DNA of 64,000 bases from Spirochaetia bacterium (GCA_965203515.1 OZ241907.1:3872001-3936000), one strand, 5' to 3'. Numbered from the stretch's first letter, positions 10,639-22,659 are shown. Translations and numbers: made by a program. Notes: a model not told the origin generated them from the letters alone.

Positions 10639-11856
10639 ATGATTTCCGTGACGGAAGCGGACCGCATCCTCGGCGACCGAGCGTGGACGCTGCCGGCCGA
10701 GTCGGTGCCGTTGCGCGCCTCGTACGGCCGCGTCCTGCGGTCGGAACTGCGCTCCGACCGCGATCTGCCGCCCTACGACCGCGCCACGATGGACGGCATA
10801 GCGGTGCGCGCCGCGACGCTGGCCGCCGGCCGCCGCCGGTTCGCGGTCGAGGCGCAGGCGCTCGCCGGCCGGCCGGCCGGCGTCCTCTCCTCCGATGCCG
10901 GCTGCGTGCGGATCATGACCGGCGCAGCGCTGCCGCGCGGCGCCGACGCGGTGATCCGCTCCGAGGACATCGCCATCCGCGACGGCGCCGCGCAGGTGGC
11001 GGCCGGCGTCGAGGTCGCGCCGGGGCTCAACGTGCACCACGCCGCCGCCGACGGCCGCGCCGGGGAAGTGGCGCTGCCGGCGGGCGTTCGCATCGACGAA
11101 CGCGCGGCAGCGGTGATCGCCTCGGTCGGCGCCTCGCAGGTCAGCGTCTCGCGGCTCCCGCGCGTCGCGGTCCTGACCACCGGGGACGAGGTGGTCGCGG
11201 TCGACGCTCCGGTCGAGCCGCACCAGATACGGCAGAGCAATCGCTACGCGGCGGAAGCGATCCTGCACGGCGCCGGTCTGGCAGCAGGCAGCGAGCATCT
11301 CCCCGATGATCGGGAGCTGCTCCGCGACCGCGCCGGGCGATTGCTGGCCGGCCACGACGTGTTGATCGCCACCGGCGCGGTGTCGATGGGAGTGACCGAC
11401 GTCATGCCGGAGGTGCTGACCGGCGCCGGCCTGCGCGAGCGGTTCCACCGCCTGCGCCAGCGTCCCGGCAAGCCGCTCTGGTTCGGCACCGGTTCCGTCG
11501 GCGGCGCGCCGCGCGCCGCCTTCGGGCTGCCGGGCAATCCGGTGTCGGTGGCGGTCTGCCTGCGGCGCTACGTACTGCCGTTCCTGTTTCGACTGATGGC
11601 GGCGCCGCCGCCGGCGCCGGAGGCGGCGGCGCTGACTGAGGAGATGCGCTTGCCGGCGCCGCTCACCTGCTACCTGCCGGTCGCCGTCGACTGCGCAGAC
11701 GGCCGGATCGCCGCGGCGCCGCGCCCCACCGGCGGATCGGGAGACTTCCTGAGCCTCATGGCTTCGGACGGATTCGTGGAGCTTGCCGCCGAACCGGACC
11801 GCTTCGCCGCCGGCCACGTCGCGCCGCTGTATCGCTGGGGTGCCCGTGCCGCCTGA
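10639..11856 (+). CDS. moeA: Molybdopterin molybdenumtransferase
   Basis: PPYDRATMDG, IMTGAALP, TGDE, RPGKP, LPGNPVS. Confidence 0.93.
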   Translation: MISVTEADRILGDRAWTLPAESVPLRASYGRVLRSELRSDRDLPPYDRATMDGIAVRAATLAAGRRRFAVEAQALAGRPAGVLSSDAGCVRIMTGAALPRGADAVIRSEDIAIRDGAAQVAAGVEVAPGLNVHHAAADGRAGEVALPAGVRIDERAAAVIASVGASQVSVSRLPRVAVLTTGDEVVAVDAPVEPHQIRQSNRYAAEAILHGAGLAAGSEHLPDDRELLRDRAGRLLAGHDVLIATGAVSMGVTDVMPEVLTGAGLRERFHRLRQRPGKPLWFGTGSVGGAPRAAFGLPGNPVSVAVCLRRYVLPFLFRLMAAPPPAPEAAALTEEMRLPAPLTCYLPVAVDCADGRIAAAPRPTGGSGDFLSLMASDGFVELAAEPDRFAAGHVAPLYRWGARAA

Positions 11857-12901
11857 GACCGGCGGCGACCGCTTCGGGCGCGCGCTGCGCGATCTGCGCA
11901 TATCGGTCACCGATCGCTGCAACTTCCGCTGCCCGTACTGCATGCCCAAGGAGGAGTTCGGCGACGATTACCGGTTCGTGCCGACCGCCGATCAGCTCAC
12001 CGGCTCGGAAACGGTCCGGCTGGCCGGCCTGTTCGCGGACCTGGGCGTCCGCAAGCTGCGCATCACCGGCGGCGAACCGCTGCTGCGCCGCGATCTGGCG
12101 GGGCTGATCGCCGCCCTGGCGCCGCTGCGGGCGCGCGGCATCGACGATATCGCGCTGACCACCAACGGCTTCCTGCTCGAACGGCGCGCGCAGGCGCTGG
12201 CCGACGCCGGGCTGGACCGGGTGACGGTCAGCCTGGACTCGCTCGACCCGCACGTGTTCGAGCGCCTGAACGGTCTGGATCGGCCGCTGGAGCCGGTGCT
12301 GCGCGGCCTGGAGGCCGCCCGGTCGGCCGGCCTGCAGCCGATCAAGATCAACGTCGTGGTGCTGCGCGGCGTCAACGACGGCGGGGTGCTCGACCTGGTG
12401 GAACGGTTCCGCGGGACCGGCGTGGCGGTGCGCTTCATCGAATACATGGACGTAGGCAACCGCAACGGCTGGTCGGCCGATCAGGTGGTCCCGTCGCGGC
12501 GCATCATGGAGACGATCCGCGCGGTCCATCCGCTCGAGCCGCTGGAGCCGGCCTACGCGGGCGAGGTGGCGCGGCGCTACCGCTACGCCGACGGCGCCGG
12601 CGAGATCGGCTTCATCTCTAGCGTGTCGGAGCCGTTCTGCGGCGACTGCACGCGGGCGCGGCTGTCGGTCGACGGCACGCTCTACACCTGCCTGTTCGCG
12701 TGGCGGGGCGTTCCGCTGCTGCCGCTGCTGCGCGGCGGCGCCGGCGACGCGGAGATCGCTCGCGCCGTGCGCGGCGCCTGGGAACGGCGCGACGATCGCT
12801 ACTCCGAGGATCGAAAGCGCGTGCAGGCGTTCACGGACCGCAAGCGCGCGCGCGCCGAGGTGGAGGTGCCCAAGGTGGAGATGCACCGTGTCGGCGGCTG
12901 A
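11846..12901 (+). CDS. moaA: GTP 3',8-cyclase (radical SAM)
   Basis: LRISVTDRCNFRCPYC, GGEPLLR, FCGDCTRARL..CLF, C-terminal GG. Confidence 0.96.
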   Translation: MPPETGGDRFGRALRDLRISVTDRCNFRCPYCMPKEEFGDDYRFVPTADQLTGSETVRLAGLFADLGVRKLRITGGEPLLRRDLAGLIAALAPLRARGIDDIALTTNGFLLERRAQALADAGLDRVTVSLDSLDPHVFERLNGLDRPLEPVLRGLEAARSAGLQPIKINVVVLRGVNDGGVLDLVERFRGTGVAVRFIEYMDVGNRNGWSADQVVPSRRIMETIRAVHPLEPLEPAYAGEVARRYRYADGAGEIGFISSVSEPFCGDCTRARLSVDGTLYTCLFAWRGVPLLPLLRGGAGDAEIARAVRGAWERRDDRYSEDRKRVQAFTDRKRARAEVEVPKVEMHRVGG

Positions 12902-13412
12902 ACGGGCCGGCGGCTCCGGCTTCAACCATCTGACCGCCGCGGGGGACCCGCGCATGGTCGACGTCTCGGCCAAGGCCGTCACCGCCCGCACCGCCACGGC
13001 GCGGGCGCTGGTGTCGCTGCCGCCGGCCGTGCAGGCGCGGCTCACCGGCGCCGGCGCCGGGCCGGAGCGCGACATCGTCACCGCCAAGGGGCCGGTGTTC
13101 CACACCGCGCGCCTTGCCGGCATCATGGCGGCCAAGCGGACCGCGGAACTGATCCCCCTGTGCCACCCGATCGGCCTGGAAGACTGCACCATCGACATCG
13201 AGGAGACCGCGCCCGGCGAGCTTTCGATCCGGTGCCGGACCGCCGTCACCCACAAGACCGGCGTGGAGATGGAAGCGCTCACCGGCGCCAGCGTCGCGGC
13301 GCTGACCGTCTACGACATGTGTAAGGGGATCGCCCGCGGCATCGTCATCAGGGACGTGAGACTGCTCCGCAAGTCGGGCGGCGCGAGCGGCGACTACCAT
13401 GCCGGCGGTTGA
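12888..13412 (+). CDS. moaC: Cyclic pyranopterin monophosphate synthase
   Basis: MVDVSAK, LIPLCHP, TGVEMEALT, YDMCK, KSGG. Confidence 0.96.
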   Translation: MSAAERAGGSGFNHLTAAGDPRMVDVSAKAVTARTATARALVSLPPAVQARLTGAGAGPERDIVTAKGPVFHTARLAGIMAAKRTAELIPLCHPIGLEDCTIDIEETAPGELSIRCRTAVTHKTGVEMEALTGASVAALTVYDMCKGIARGIVIRDVRLLRKSGGASGDYHAGG

Positions 13413-13445
13413 CCATGCCCGCGGTTGACCATGCCGGCGGTTGAC
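13396..13445. repeat. 16-nt tandem repeat x3 spanning the moaC stop
   Basis: ACCATGCCGGCGGTTG / ACCATGCCCGCGGTTG / ACCATGCCGGCGGTTG. Confidence 0.9.
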
Positions 13446-13460
13446 GCCGGGACGACGCCC

Positions 13461-13739
13461 GTGCCATCCCTCGGGTTGTCCGGCGAACCGGGACCGTGTC
13501 GTTCGGTCCGCATCCGCTACTTCGCCGTGCTGCGGGACGAGCGGGGCCGGCAGGAGGAGTCGATGACGACCGCCGCCGCTACCGTTGCGGCGCTGTACGA
13601 CGAGCTGCGCGGGCGGTTCTCCTTCAGCCTGCCGGCGGACCGGCTGCGGGTAGCCTGCAACGGCGACTTCGTCCCCTGGGACCATCCGCTGCGCGACGGC
13701 GACCTGGTGGTGTTCATCCCGCCGGTGGCGGGCGGTTGA
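13461..13739 (+). CDS. moaD: Molybdopterin synthase sulfur carrier subunit
   Basis: IRYFAVLRD..G, C-terminal FIPPVAGG; start uncertain (13425-13461). Confidence 0.9.
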   Translation: MPSLGLSGEPGPCRSVRIRYFAVLRDERGRQEESMTTAAATVAALYDELRGRFSFSLPADRLRVACNGDFVPWDHPLRDGDLVVFIPPVAGG

Positions 13740-13777
13740 GGCCGAGGATGGCGGCTGATGCCGAAGGCGGGCGGCTG

Positions 13778-14239
13778 ATGGAGCCGCGCTTCGCGCTCAG
13801 CGACCGGCCGATCGACCCGGCGCGGGAGCGGCGCCGGCTGGCCGACCCGCGCGCCGGCGGCTACGCGGCCTTCGAGGGATGGGTGCGGGATCACGACGAC
13901 GGCCGCGCGGTGGTCGGGCTCGACTACCAGGTCTACCCCGAGCTGGTGCTCCGCGAAGGCGAACGGGTGATCGCCGAGGCGCGCGAGCGGTTCGACATCC
14001 TGCGCGCGCGCTGCGTGCACCGCCGCGGCGAGCTCGCCATCGGCGACCTGGCGGTCTGGGTCGGGGTGAGCGCCGCCCACCGGGACGCGGCGTTCGCCGC
14101 CTGCCGGTACGTGATCGATCAGGTCAAGGACCGCTTGCCGATCTGGAAGCGGGAACACTATACGGACGGCAAGAGCGTCTGGATAAACTGTCAACGCATC
14201 GGGGAGGAGGAAGCCCATGTTCAAGCGATCGCTCGCTAG
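13778..14239 (+). CDS. moaE: Molybdopterin synthase catalytic subunit
   Basis: FEGWVRD, HRRGEL, AAHRDAAF, LPIWKREHY. Confidence 0.93.
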   Translation: MEPRFALSDRPIDPARERRRLADPRAGGYAAFEGWVRDHDDGRAVVGLDYQVYPELVLREGERVIAEARERFDILRARCVHRRGELAIGDLAVWVGVSAAHRDAAFAACRYVIDQVKDRLPIWKREHYTDGKSVWINCQRIGEEEAHVQAIAR

Positions 14240-15185
14240 CCGGCTCAATGCCGACATCATCCCGTCGGAGATCACCGACCGCGACGTCTACCTGAACCGG
14301 CGCCAGTTCCTGGCGCGCACCGGCGGCGCGGCGGCCGGCGCCGCCTTGGCGCTCGGCGCGCCGGCGCTGTCGTGGTCCCTGGACCGGTCGCTGTTCGCCA
14401 ACGCGGCGCCCAGCCCGTACAGCACCGACGAGGATCAGACCGCCTTCGATCAGGCGACCACCTACAACAACTTCTGGGAGTTCGGCAAGCAGAAGTGGGA
14501 GCCGGCCCGGAACTCCACCGACTTCCAGCCGCGCCCCTGGACGGTGACGGTCTCGGGCGAGGTCGGCGCGCCGCTGACGCTGGACGTCGACGACCTGATC
14601 GGGCGCTTCCCGCTCGAGGAGCGCATCTACCGGTTGCGCTGCGTGGAGGGCTGGTCGATGGTCATCCCCTGGAGCGGCTTCCCGCTCGCGGAGCTGCTCA
14701 AGGCCGCCGAACCGACCGCCAAGGCGCAGTTCGTGCACTTCGTCACGCTCTACTCCAAGGAGCAGTTCCCGGCGCACCGGACCAACTCCTACCTGCCGTG
14801 GCCGTACGAGGAGGCGCTGCGCCTGGACGAGGCGATGAACGAGCTGACCCTGCTGGCCGCCGGCATGTACGGGCAGGAGCTGACCAACCAGAACGGGGCG
14901 CCGTTGCGCCTGCTGGTTCCCTGGAAGTACGGCTTCAAGAGCATCAAGTCGATCGTCTCCATCGAGTTGACCGAAGAGCAGCCCAAGGCGACCTGGAACT
15001 CCGCCAACCCGCGCTGGTACGGCTGGTACTCCAACGTGAATCCGCGCGTGAATCCCGTGCCGTACAGCCAGGCGACCGAGACCCGCTTCGGTGAGAACCG
15101 GCGGCGGCGCACCGAGCTGTTCAACGGCTACGGCGAGTACGTCGCCCACCTGTACGAGGGCCTCGACCTGCGCCGCAACTACTGA
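14217..15185 (+). CDS. msrP: Protein-methionine-sulfoxide reductase catalytic subunit
   Basis: Tat motif NRRQFLA, YNNFWEFG, RCVEGWSMVIPW, NGAPLRLLVPWKYGFKSIKSIV. Confidence 0.96.
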   Translation: MFKRSLASRLNADIIPSEITDRDVYLNRRQFLARTGGAAAGAALALGAPALSWSLDRSLFANAAPSPYSTDEDQTAFDQATTYNNFWEFGKQKWEPARNSTDFQPRPWTVTVSGEVGAPLTLDVDDLIGRFPLEERIYRLRCVEGWSMVIPWSGFPLAELLKAAEPTAKAQFVHFVTLYSKEQFPAHRTNSYLPWPYEEALRLDEAMNELTLLAAGMYGQELTNQNGAPLRLLVPWKYGFKSIKSIVSIELTEEQPKATWNSANPRWYGWYSNVNPRVNPVPYSQATETRFGENRRRRTELFNGYGEYVAHLYEGLDLRRNY

Positions 15186-15196
15186 CGGCCCCGCCG

Positions 15197-15841
15197 GTGA
15201 ATCCGCTCCGGCAGTTCTGGGACGCGCGGCCGGCCGAGCGGGCGCGTCTGGTCAAGCCGATCCTGTACGCGGCGGCGCTGCTGCCGCTGGTCAACCTGGC
15301 GCAGGGCTGGTTGCGCGGCTCGTTCGAGACCAGCGCGTTCGTGGTGGAGGAGGTGATACTGCGCAGCGGCAACTGGGCGATCCGCTTCCTGCTGGCGTCG
15401 CTGGCGGTGACGCCGCTGCGCGGCATCACCGGCTGGAACTGGCTTGCCACCTACCGGCGGCCGCTGGGGCTGCTGGCGTTCACCTACGCAACCCTGCACC
15501 TGCTGGTCTACTTCGGCATCAATCTGGGGCTGGACTTGGAGTTCCTGATCCTGGAGGTGGTCGGCGCCAGCTACATCATCGTCGGCCTGACCGCCTTCGC
15601 GGCCATGGCGCCGCTGGCGGTGACGTCCACCACCGGTTGGATCCGCCGGCTCGGCAAGAACTGGACGGTCCTGCACCGCCTGGCCTACCTGGCGCTGATC
15701 GCCGGGGTGGTCCACTACGCCCTGCAGCTCAAGCAGGCGTCCCTGCAGTTCCTGATCTACGCCGTGATCGGCGTTCTGCTGCTCGGCTATCGAACGGTCG
15801 CCGCCGTTACGCCTCGTACCCGCACGCGCACCCGCCGCTGA
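15197..15841 (+). CDS. msrQ: Protein-methionine-sulfoxide reductase heme-binding subunit
   Basis: Multi-TM; RRPLGL, YATLH, PLAVTS, WTVLHRLAY; follows msrP. Confidence 0.92.
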   Translation: MNPLRQFWDARPAERARLVKPILYAAALLPLVNLAQGWLRGSFETSAFVVEEVILRSGNWAIRFLLASLAVTPLRGITGWNWLATYRRPLGLLAFTYATLHLLVYFGINLGLDLEFLILEVVGASYIIVGLTAFAAMAPLAVTSTTGWIRRLGKNWTVLHRLAYLALIAGVVHYALQLKQASLQFLIYAVIGVLLLGYRTVAAVTPRTRTRTRR

Positions 15842-15869
15842 CGTTCGCGCCCGGCCGACCCTCGGCCGA

Positions 15870-18491
<2,622 letters not shown>

Positions 18492-18502
18492 CGGTTCCTC
18501 GA

Positions 18503-18531
18503 AACCTACGAGCGGATACGACGCAGGTCAA
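18503..18531 (-). promoter_or_regulatory. Putative sigma70-type promoter of clpB
   Basis: Minus strand TTGACC-17 nt-TAGGTT, 11 nt upstream of the ATG. Confidence 0.55.
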
Positions 18532-18534
18532 AGT

Positions 18535-18563
18535 CCGCCGGCCGGTTGACAACCGGCCGGCGG
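18535..18563. promoter_or_regulatory. Perfect 14-bp inverted repeat overlapping the nqr -35 box
   Basis: CCGCCGGCCGGTTG-A-CAACCGGCCGGCGG. Confidence 0.6.
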
Positions 18564-18574
18564 TCGCGTACTGT
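18546..18574 (+). promoter_or_regulatory. sigma70-type promoter of the nqr operon
   Basis: TTGACA-17 nt-TACTGT. Confidence 0.7.
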
Positions 18575-18685
18575 CCGCGCGGCGTCTACGGCGTTGCATC
18601 CCCGGCTCACAGAGGTACCACTGGGCGACACGGCCCATCCGCGCAGCGTGGGGAACCGCCACGCGCGTAGACGGAATACGTTGCG

Positions 18686-20044
18686 GTGAATCGATTTCTC
18701 ATCAGACGCGGACACGACATTCGCTTGGCCGGCCGGCCCGACGACGCGGTCGTCGACGCGCCGCTGCCGCCGGCGGTCGCCATCCAGCCGCCCGACTTTC
18801 GCGGCGTCATCGCCCGTCCCGACGTGCAGCCGGGGGACGCGGTCAAGGTCGGATCGCCCCTGCTCCACGACAAGGAGCATCAGGACTTCCTGTTCACGTC
18901 GCCGGTTTCCGGTACCGTGACCTCGGTGGAGCGCGGAGCGCGGCGCGCCATCCAGAAGGTGGTCGTGGAGCCCGACGGCCGGCAGGACGCGGTGGCGTTC
19001 GACCCGCCGGCCCTGGCGTCGGCCGACCGCGGCCAGGTGCTGGCCGCGCTCAAGCGCAGCGGCCTGCTGGCCGCGCTGACGCAGCGGCCGCTGGCGGTCG
19101 CCCCCGATCCGGCGGTGACGCCGCGCGACGTCTTCGTACCGGCCATCGACACGGCGCCGCTGGCCGCCGACTGCGCGGTGCTGCTGCGCGGGTCGGAGGA
19201 TGCGTTTCGGACCGGGTTGCTGGCGCTGTCCCGCCTCACCGGCGGGCGCGTCCATCTCTGCACCGACGGCCGGCTGCAGCTTCCCGAGGTGGAAAACGTC
19301 GAGCGCCTGCTCCACCACGAGTTCCGCGGGCCGCATCCGGCCGGCAACGCGGGCGTCCACATTCATCACGTCGCCCCGATCGCCAGCCGCGCCGATGCGG
19401 TGTGGGTCTGCCCGCTGCAGGGCGTGATCCTGATCGGCCGCCTGTTCGAGACCGGACGGCTGGCGCCGGACGTCGTGGTCGCCTCCACCGGCACCGCCGC
19501 GCCGCGGCGCACGCACGTGCGCACCGTGCTCGGCGCCCCGGTGGAGACGGTCACCGGCGGCCGCGCCGATGGCGAGGCTCGCTACGTCTCGGGCAACCCG
19601 CTCACCGGCCGGCCGGTCGGTGCGGGCGGGTTCCTGAGCTTCATGGACACCTCCGTGACCGTGCTGCCGGAGCACCGCGGCTACAAGCTGATGGGCTGGG
19701 CGATGCCCCGTTTCGGTACGGCCAGCCGCTCGCGGACCTTTCCGTCGGCCTGGCTGCCGGCGCTCTTCGCGGGCCGCGACGGCTTCACGGCCAACACCGA
19801 GCTGCACGGCGGCGAGCGCGCCTTCATAGCGACCGGCATCTATCGCGAGGTGCTGCCGATCGACGTGCACCCCGAGTTCCTGATGAAGAGCATCCTGGCC
19901 GACGACATCCCGGAGATGGAGGGGCTTGGCATCTACGAGCTGGCGGAAGAGGACGTAGCCCTGTGCGAATACGTCTGTCCGTCGAAGATCCGCTGGCAGG
20001 AGATCCTGCGGCGCGGACTCGACCTGATTCAGCGCGAAGCGTGA
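18686..20044 (+). CDS. nqrA: Na+-translocating NADH:quinone reductase subunit A
   Basis: FTSPVSGTV..RG.RR, GPHPAGNAG, EEDVALCEYVCPSK. Confidence 0.93.
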   Translation: MNRFLIRRGHDIRLAGRPDDAVVDAPLPPAVAIQPPDFRGVIARPDVQPGDAVKVGSPLLHDKEHQDFLFTSPVSGTVTSVERGARRAIQKVVVEPDGRQDAVAFDPPALASADRGQVLAALKRSGLLAALTQRPLAVAPDPAVTPRDVFVPAIDTAPLAADCAVLLRGSEDAFRTGLLALSRLTGGRVHLCTDGRLQLPEVENVERLLHHEFRGPHPAGNAGVHIHHVAPIASRADAVWVCPLQGVILIGRLFETGRLAPDVVVASTGTAAPRRTHVRTVLGAPVETVTGGRADGEARYVSGNPLTGRPVGAGGFLSFMDTSVTVLPEHRGYKLMGWAMPRFGTASRSRTFPSAWLPALFAGRDGFTANTELHGGERAFIATGIYREVLPIDVHPEFLMKSILADDIPEMEGLGIYELAEEDVALCEYVCPSKIRWQEILRRGLDLIQREA

Positions 20045-20057
20045 CGGCGAGGGGACG

Positions 20058-21233
20058 GTGAGCGTATTCGACAAACTGATCGAGAAGGTGGAGCCGCACT
20101 TCGAGGAGGGCGGCAAGCTGCACCGTCTCTACTACGCGTTCGACATGGTGAAGTCGATGAACTTCTCCCTGCCGACGCGCACGCAGGGCGGCGTGCACGT
20201 CCGCGACGGCATCGACGTGCGGCGCATGATGTTCACCGTCATCATCGCCCTGATCCCGCCGCTCTTGTATGGGATGTACAACGTCGGCTACCAGAATCTG
20301 CTGGCGCTGGGCGCCGAGCCGGGGTCGATCCCGGTGGGGCGCGCGTTCGGCATCGGCCTGCTCCGGCTGCTGCCGATTCTGGCGGTCACCTACGTGGTCG
20401 GCGGCGTGTGGGAGATGGTCTTCGCCATCGCGCGCAAGCACGAGGTGAGCGAAGGCTTCCTGGTCACCGGTCTGCTGGTGCCGCTGATCGTGCCGCCCAC
20501 CATCCCGCTCTGGCAGCTGGCGATCGCCACCTCCTTCGGCGTCGTCATCGGCAAGGAGATCTTCGGCGGCACCGGCATGAACATCTTCAACCCGGCGCTG
20601 GTGATCCGGGCGTTCCTGTTCTTCGCCTATCCGGTGCAGATCTCCGGCGACCTGGTGTGGGTGGCGGTCGACGGCCATACCGCGGCCACCCCGCTGGCGG
20701 TGATCGCCGAAGGCGCGCAGGAGACCGCCGACGTGGTGGCCGAGCTGACCGCCGCCGGGTTCACCTGGTGGAGCATGTTCGCCGGTTCGATCCCCGGCAG
20801 CGTCGGCGAAACATCCACCATCGCCATCATCCTGGGAGCCCTGCTGCTGGTCGCCACCGGCGTCGGCAGCTGGCGCGTGATGCTCTCCATGCTGCTGGGC
20901 GGCGTGGCCATGGCGCTGCTGCTCAACCTGGTGGCGCCGAGCCCGGCCAGCTTCGCGGCGCTGCCGCCGCATTATCACCTGGTGATGGGCGGCTTCGCGT
21001 TCGGCCTGGTCTACATGGCGACCGACCCGGTGTCGGCCGCCGCCACCAACACCGGCAAGTGGATCTACGGGGCGATCGTCGGCGCGCTGTCGATTCTGGT
21101 GCGGACCGTCAACCCGGCCTATCCGGAGGGCGTGATGCTGGCGATATTGTTCATGAACATGTTCGCACCGCTGATCGACCACTACGTGGTCAAGGCCAAC
21201 ATGCGCCGGAGGCTGGCACGTGCGGCACAGTAA
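20058..21233 (+). CDS. nqrB: Na+-NQR subunit B
   Basis: GKEIFGGTGMNIFNPAL, FMN-attachment-like DGHTAATPL, MATDPVS, YPEGVMLAIL. Confidence 0.95.
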   Translation: MSVFDKLIEKVEPHFEEGGKLHRLYYAFDMVKSMNFSLPTRTQGGVHVRDGIDVRRMMFTVIIALIPPLLYGMYNVGYQNLLALGAEPGSIPVGRAFGIGLLRLLPILAVTYVVGGVWEMVFAIARKHEVSEGFLVTGLLVPLIVPPTIPLWQLAIATSFGVVIGKEIFGGTGMNIFNPALVIRAFLFFAYPVQISGDLVWVAVDGHTAATPLAVIAEGAQETADVVAELTAAGFTWWSMFAGSIPGSVGETSTIAIILGALLLVATGVGSWRVMLSMLLGGVAMALLLNLVAPSPASFAALPPHYHLVMGGFAFGLVYMATDPVSAAATNTGKWIYGAIVGALSILVRTVNPAYPEGVMLAILFMNMFAPLIDHYVVKANMRRRLARAAQ

Positions 21234-21957
21234 GCCTTACAGCATCGTCTTCGTCCTGGCGGTCACCATCGTCTTCGGGCTGCTGCTGTCGCTGGCCGCC
21301 AGCGGCCTGCGCGGCCGGCAGCAGTTCAACGCGGAGGTGAACGTCAAGCGCAACATCCTGATCGCGGTCGGCCTGCTCGACCGCGACGCGGCCGTCGAGT
21401 CGGTCGAGATCGACGCGATGTACACCGATTCGGTGCGCAGCTTCGCCGTCGACCGCGACGGCGCGGTGATCGAAGGGGTGGCCGGCGAATCGCTCGACCT
21501 GGAGGTGGTGCTGCAGGACCCCGATTCCAGCCGGCACCGCTACCCGGTGTTCGTGGTCGAGACCGGCGGCCAGCCGAGCGTCTACGCGATTCCGGTGTTC
21601 GGCAAGGGGCTGTGGTCGACGCTCTACGGCTACCTGGCGCTGGAAGCCGACCTGGAGACCGTGCGCGGCATGACCTTCTACGAGCACAAGGAGACCCCCG
21701 GGCTCGGCGCGGAGATCGAGCAGGCGTGGTTCCAGGACAACTTCGTCGGCAAGAAGATCTACGACCGGACCGGCGCGTTGCGCACGACCCAGGTCGTCAA
21801 GGGCCTGGTGGAGGACCGCGTCCCGGCCGATGAGCGCCAGTACTACGTCGACGGCATCAGCGGCGCCACCATGACCGGCCGCGGGGTCAGCAACCTGCTT
21901 GAAACGAAAGTCGCCTTATACGAACCTTACTTCCGCAGGCTTCGCGTGGAACGATGA
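21220..21957 (+). CDS. nqrC: Na+-NQR subunit C
   Basis: GKGLWSTLYG, HKETPGLG, FMN motif DGISGATMT. Confidence 0.95.
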   Translation: MRHSKPYSIVFVLAVTIVFGLLLSLAASGLRGRQQFNAEVNVKRNILIAVGLLDRDAAVESVEIDAMYTDSVRSFAVDRDGAVIEGVAGESLDLEVVLQDPDSSRHRYPVFVVETGGQPSVYAIPVFGKGLWSTLYGYLALEADLETVRGMTFYEHKETPGLGAEIEQAWFQDNFVGKKIYDRTGALRTTQVVKGLVEDRVPADERQYYVDGISGATMTGRGVSNLLETKVALYEPYFRRLRVER

Positions 21958-21984
21958 GGAGTTGGATGATGACAGGAAAGACCG

Positions 21985-22656
21985 ATGGCTGACGCCGCCG
22001 TCGCGCAGAGCACGAGCGCCGTAGCGCGCGAACCGCTGTTCTCGGCCAGGAACCGCAAGGCGTTTCGCGACCCGCTGATAGACGACAACCCGATCGCCAC
22101 GCAGGTGCTGGGCATCTGCTCCGCCCTCGCGGTGACCACGCAGTTGCGACCGTCGGTGGTGATGGGCATCTCGGTCACCTTCGTGGTGGTGGCCGCCAAC
22201 CTGATCATCTCGGTGCTGCGCAAGCTGATTCCCAACAACGTGCGCATCATCGTGGAGATGACGGTCGTCGCCTCGCTGGTGATCCTGGTCGATCAGGTGC
22301 TGCAGGCGTACGCCTACGACGTGTCGCGGCAGCTCTCCGTGTTCGTCGGCCTGATCATCACCAACTGCATCATCATGGGCCGGCTGGAGGCGTTCGCCAT
22401 GGCCAACCGGCCGTGGCCGTCGCTCATGGACGGGCTTGGCAACGGCCTTGGCTACGCGGCGGTGATCGTCATCGTCGGCTTCTTCCGCGAGCTGCTCGGC
22501 GCCGGCAACATCTACGGCGTCCAGGTGGTCCCGCAGGCGCTGTACGACTCCGGGTTCGTGAACAACGGGTTGATGGCGCTGCCGCCGGGGGCGTTCTTCC
22601 TGCTCGGGCTGCTCATCTGGGTGCAGCGCCTGATCTCCAAGAAGGTGGAGGACTAG
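21985..22656 (+). CDS. nqrD: Na+-NQR subunit D
   Basis: NPIATQVLGICSALAVT, VGLIITNCIIMGR. Confidence 0.96.
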   Translation: MADAAVAQSTSAVAREPLFSARNRKAFRDPLIDDNPIATQVLGICSALAVTTQLRPSVVMGISVTFVVVAANLIISVLRKLIPNNVRIIVEMTVVASLVILVDQVLQAYAYDVSRQLSVFVGLIITNCIIMGRLEAFAMANRPWPSLMDGLGNGLGYAAVIVIVGFFRELLGAGNIYGVQVVPQALYDSGFVNNGLMALPPGAFFLLGLLIWVQRLISKKVED

Positions 22657-22659
22657 CCG

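Noticed and set aside
13396..13445. Short direct repeats considered as a possible mini-CRISPR (also 48716-48772 and 45101-45145)
   Set aside because: Units abut with no unique spacers, are too short, and no cas genes are present.
18492..18545. CIRCE or HAIR heat-shock operator upstream of clpB
   Set aside because: Neither TTAGCACTC-N9-GAGTGCTAA nor CTTGAGT-N7-ACTCAAG is present.
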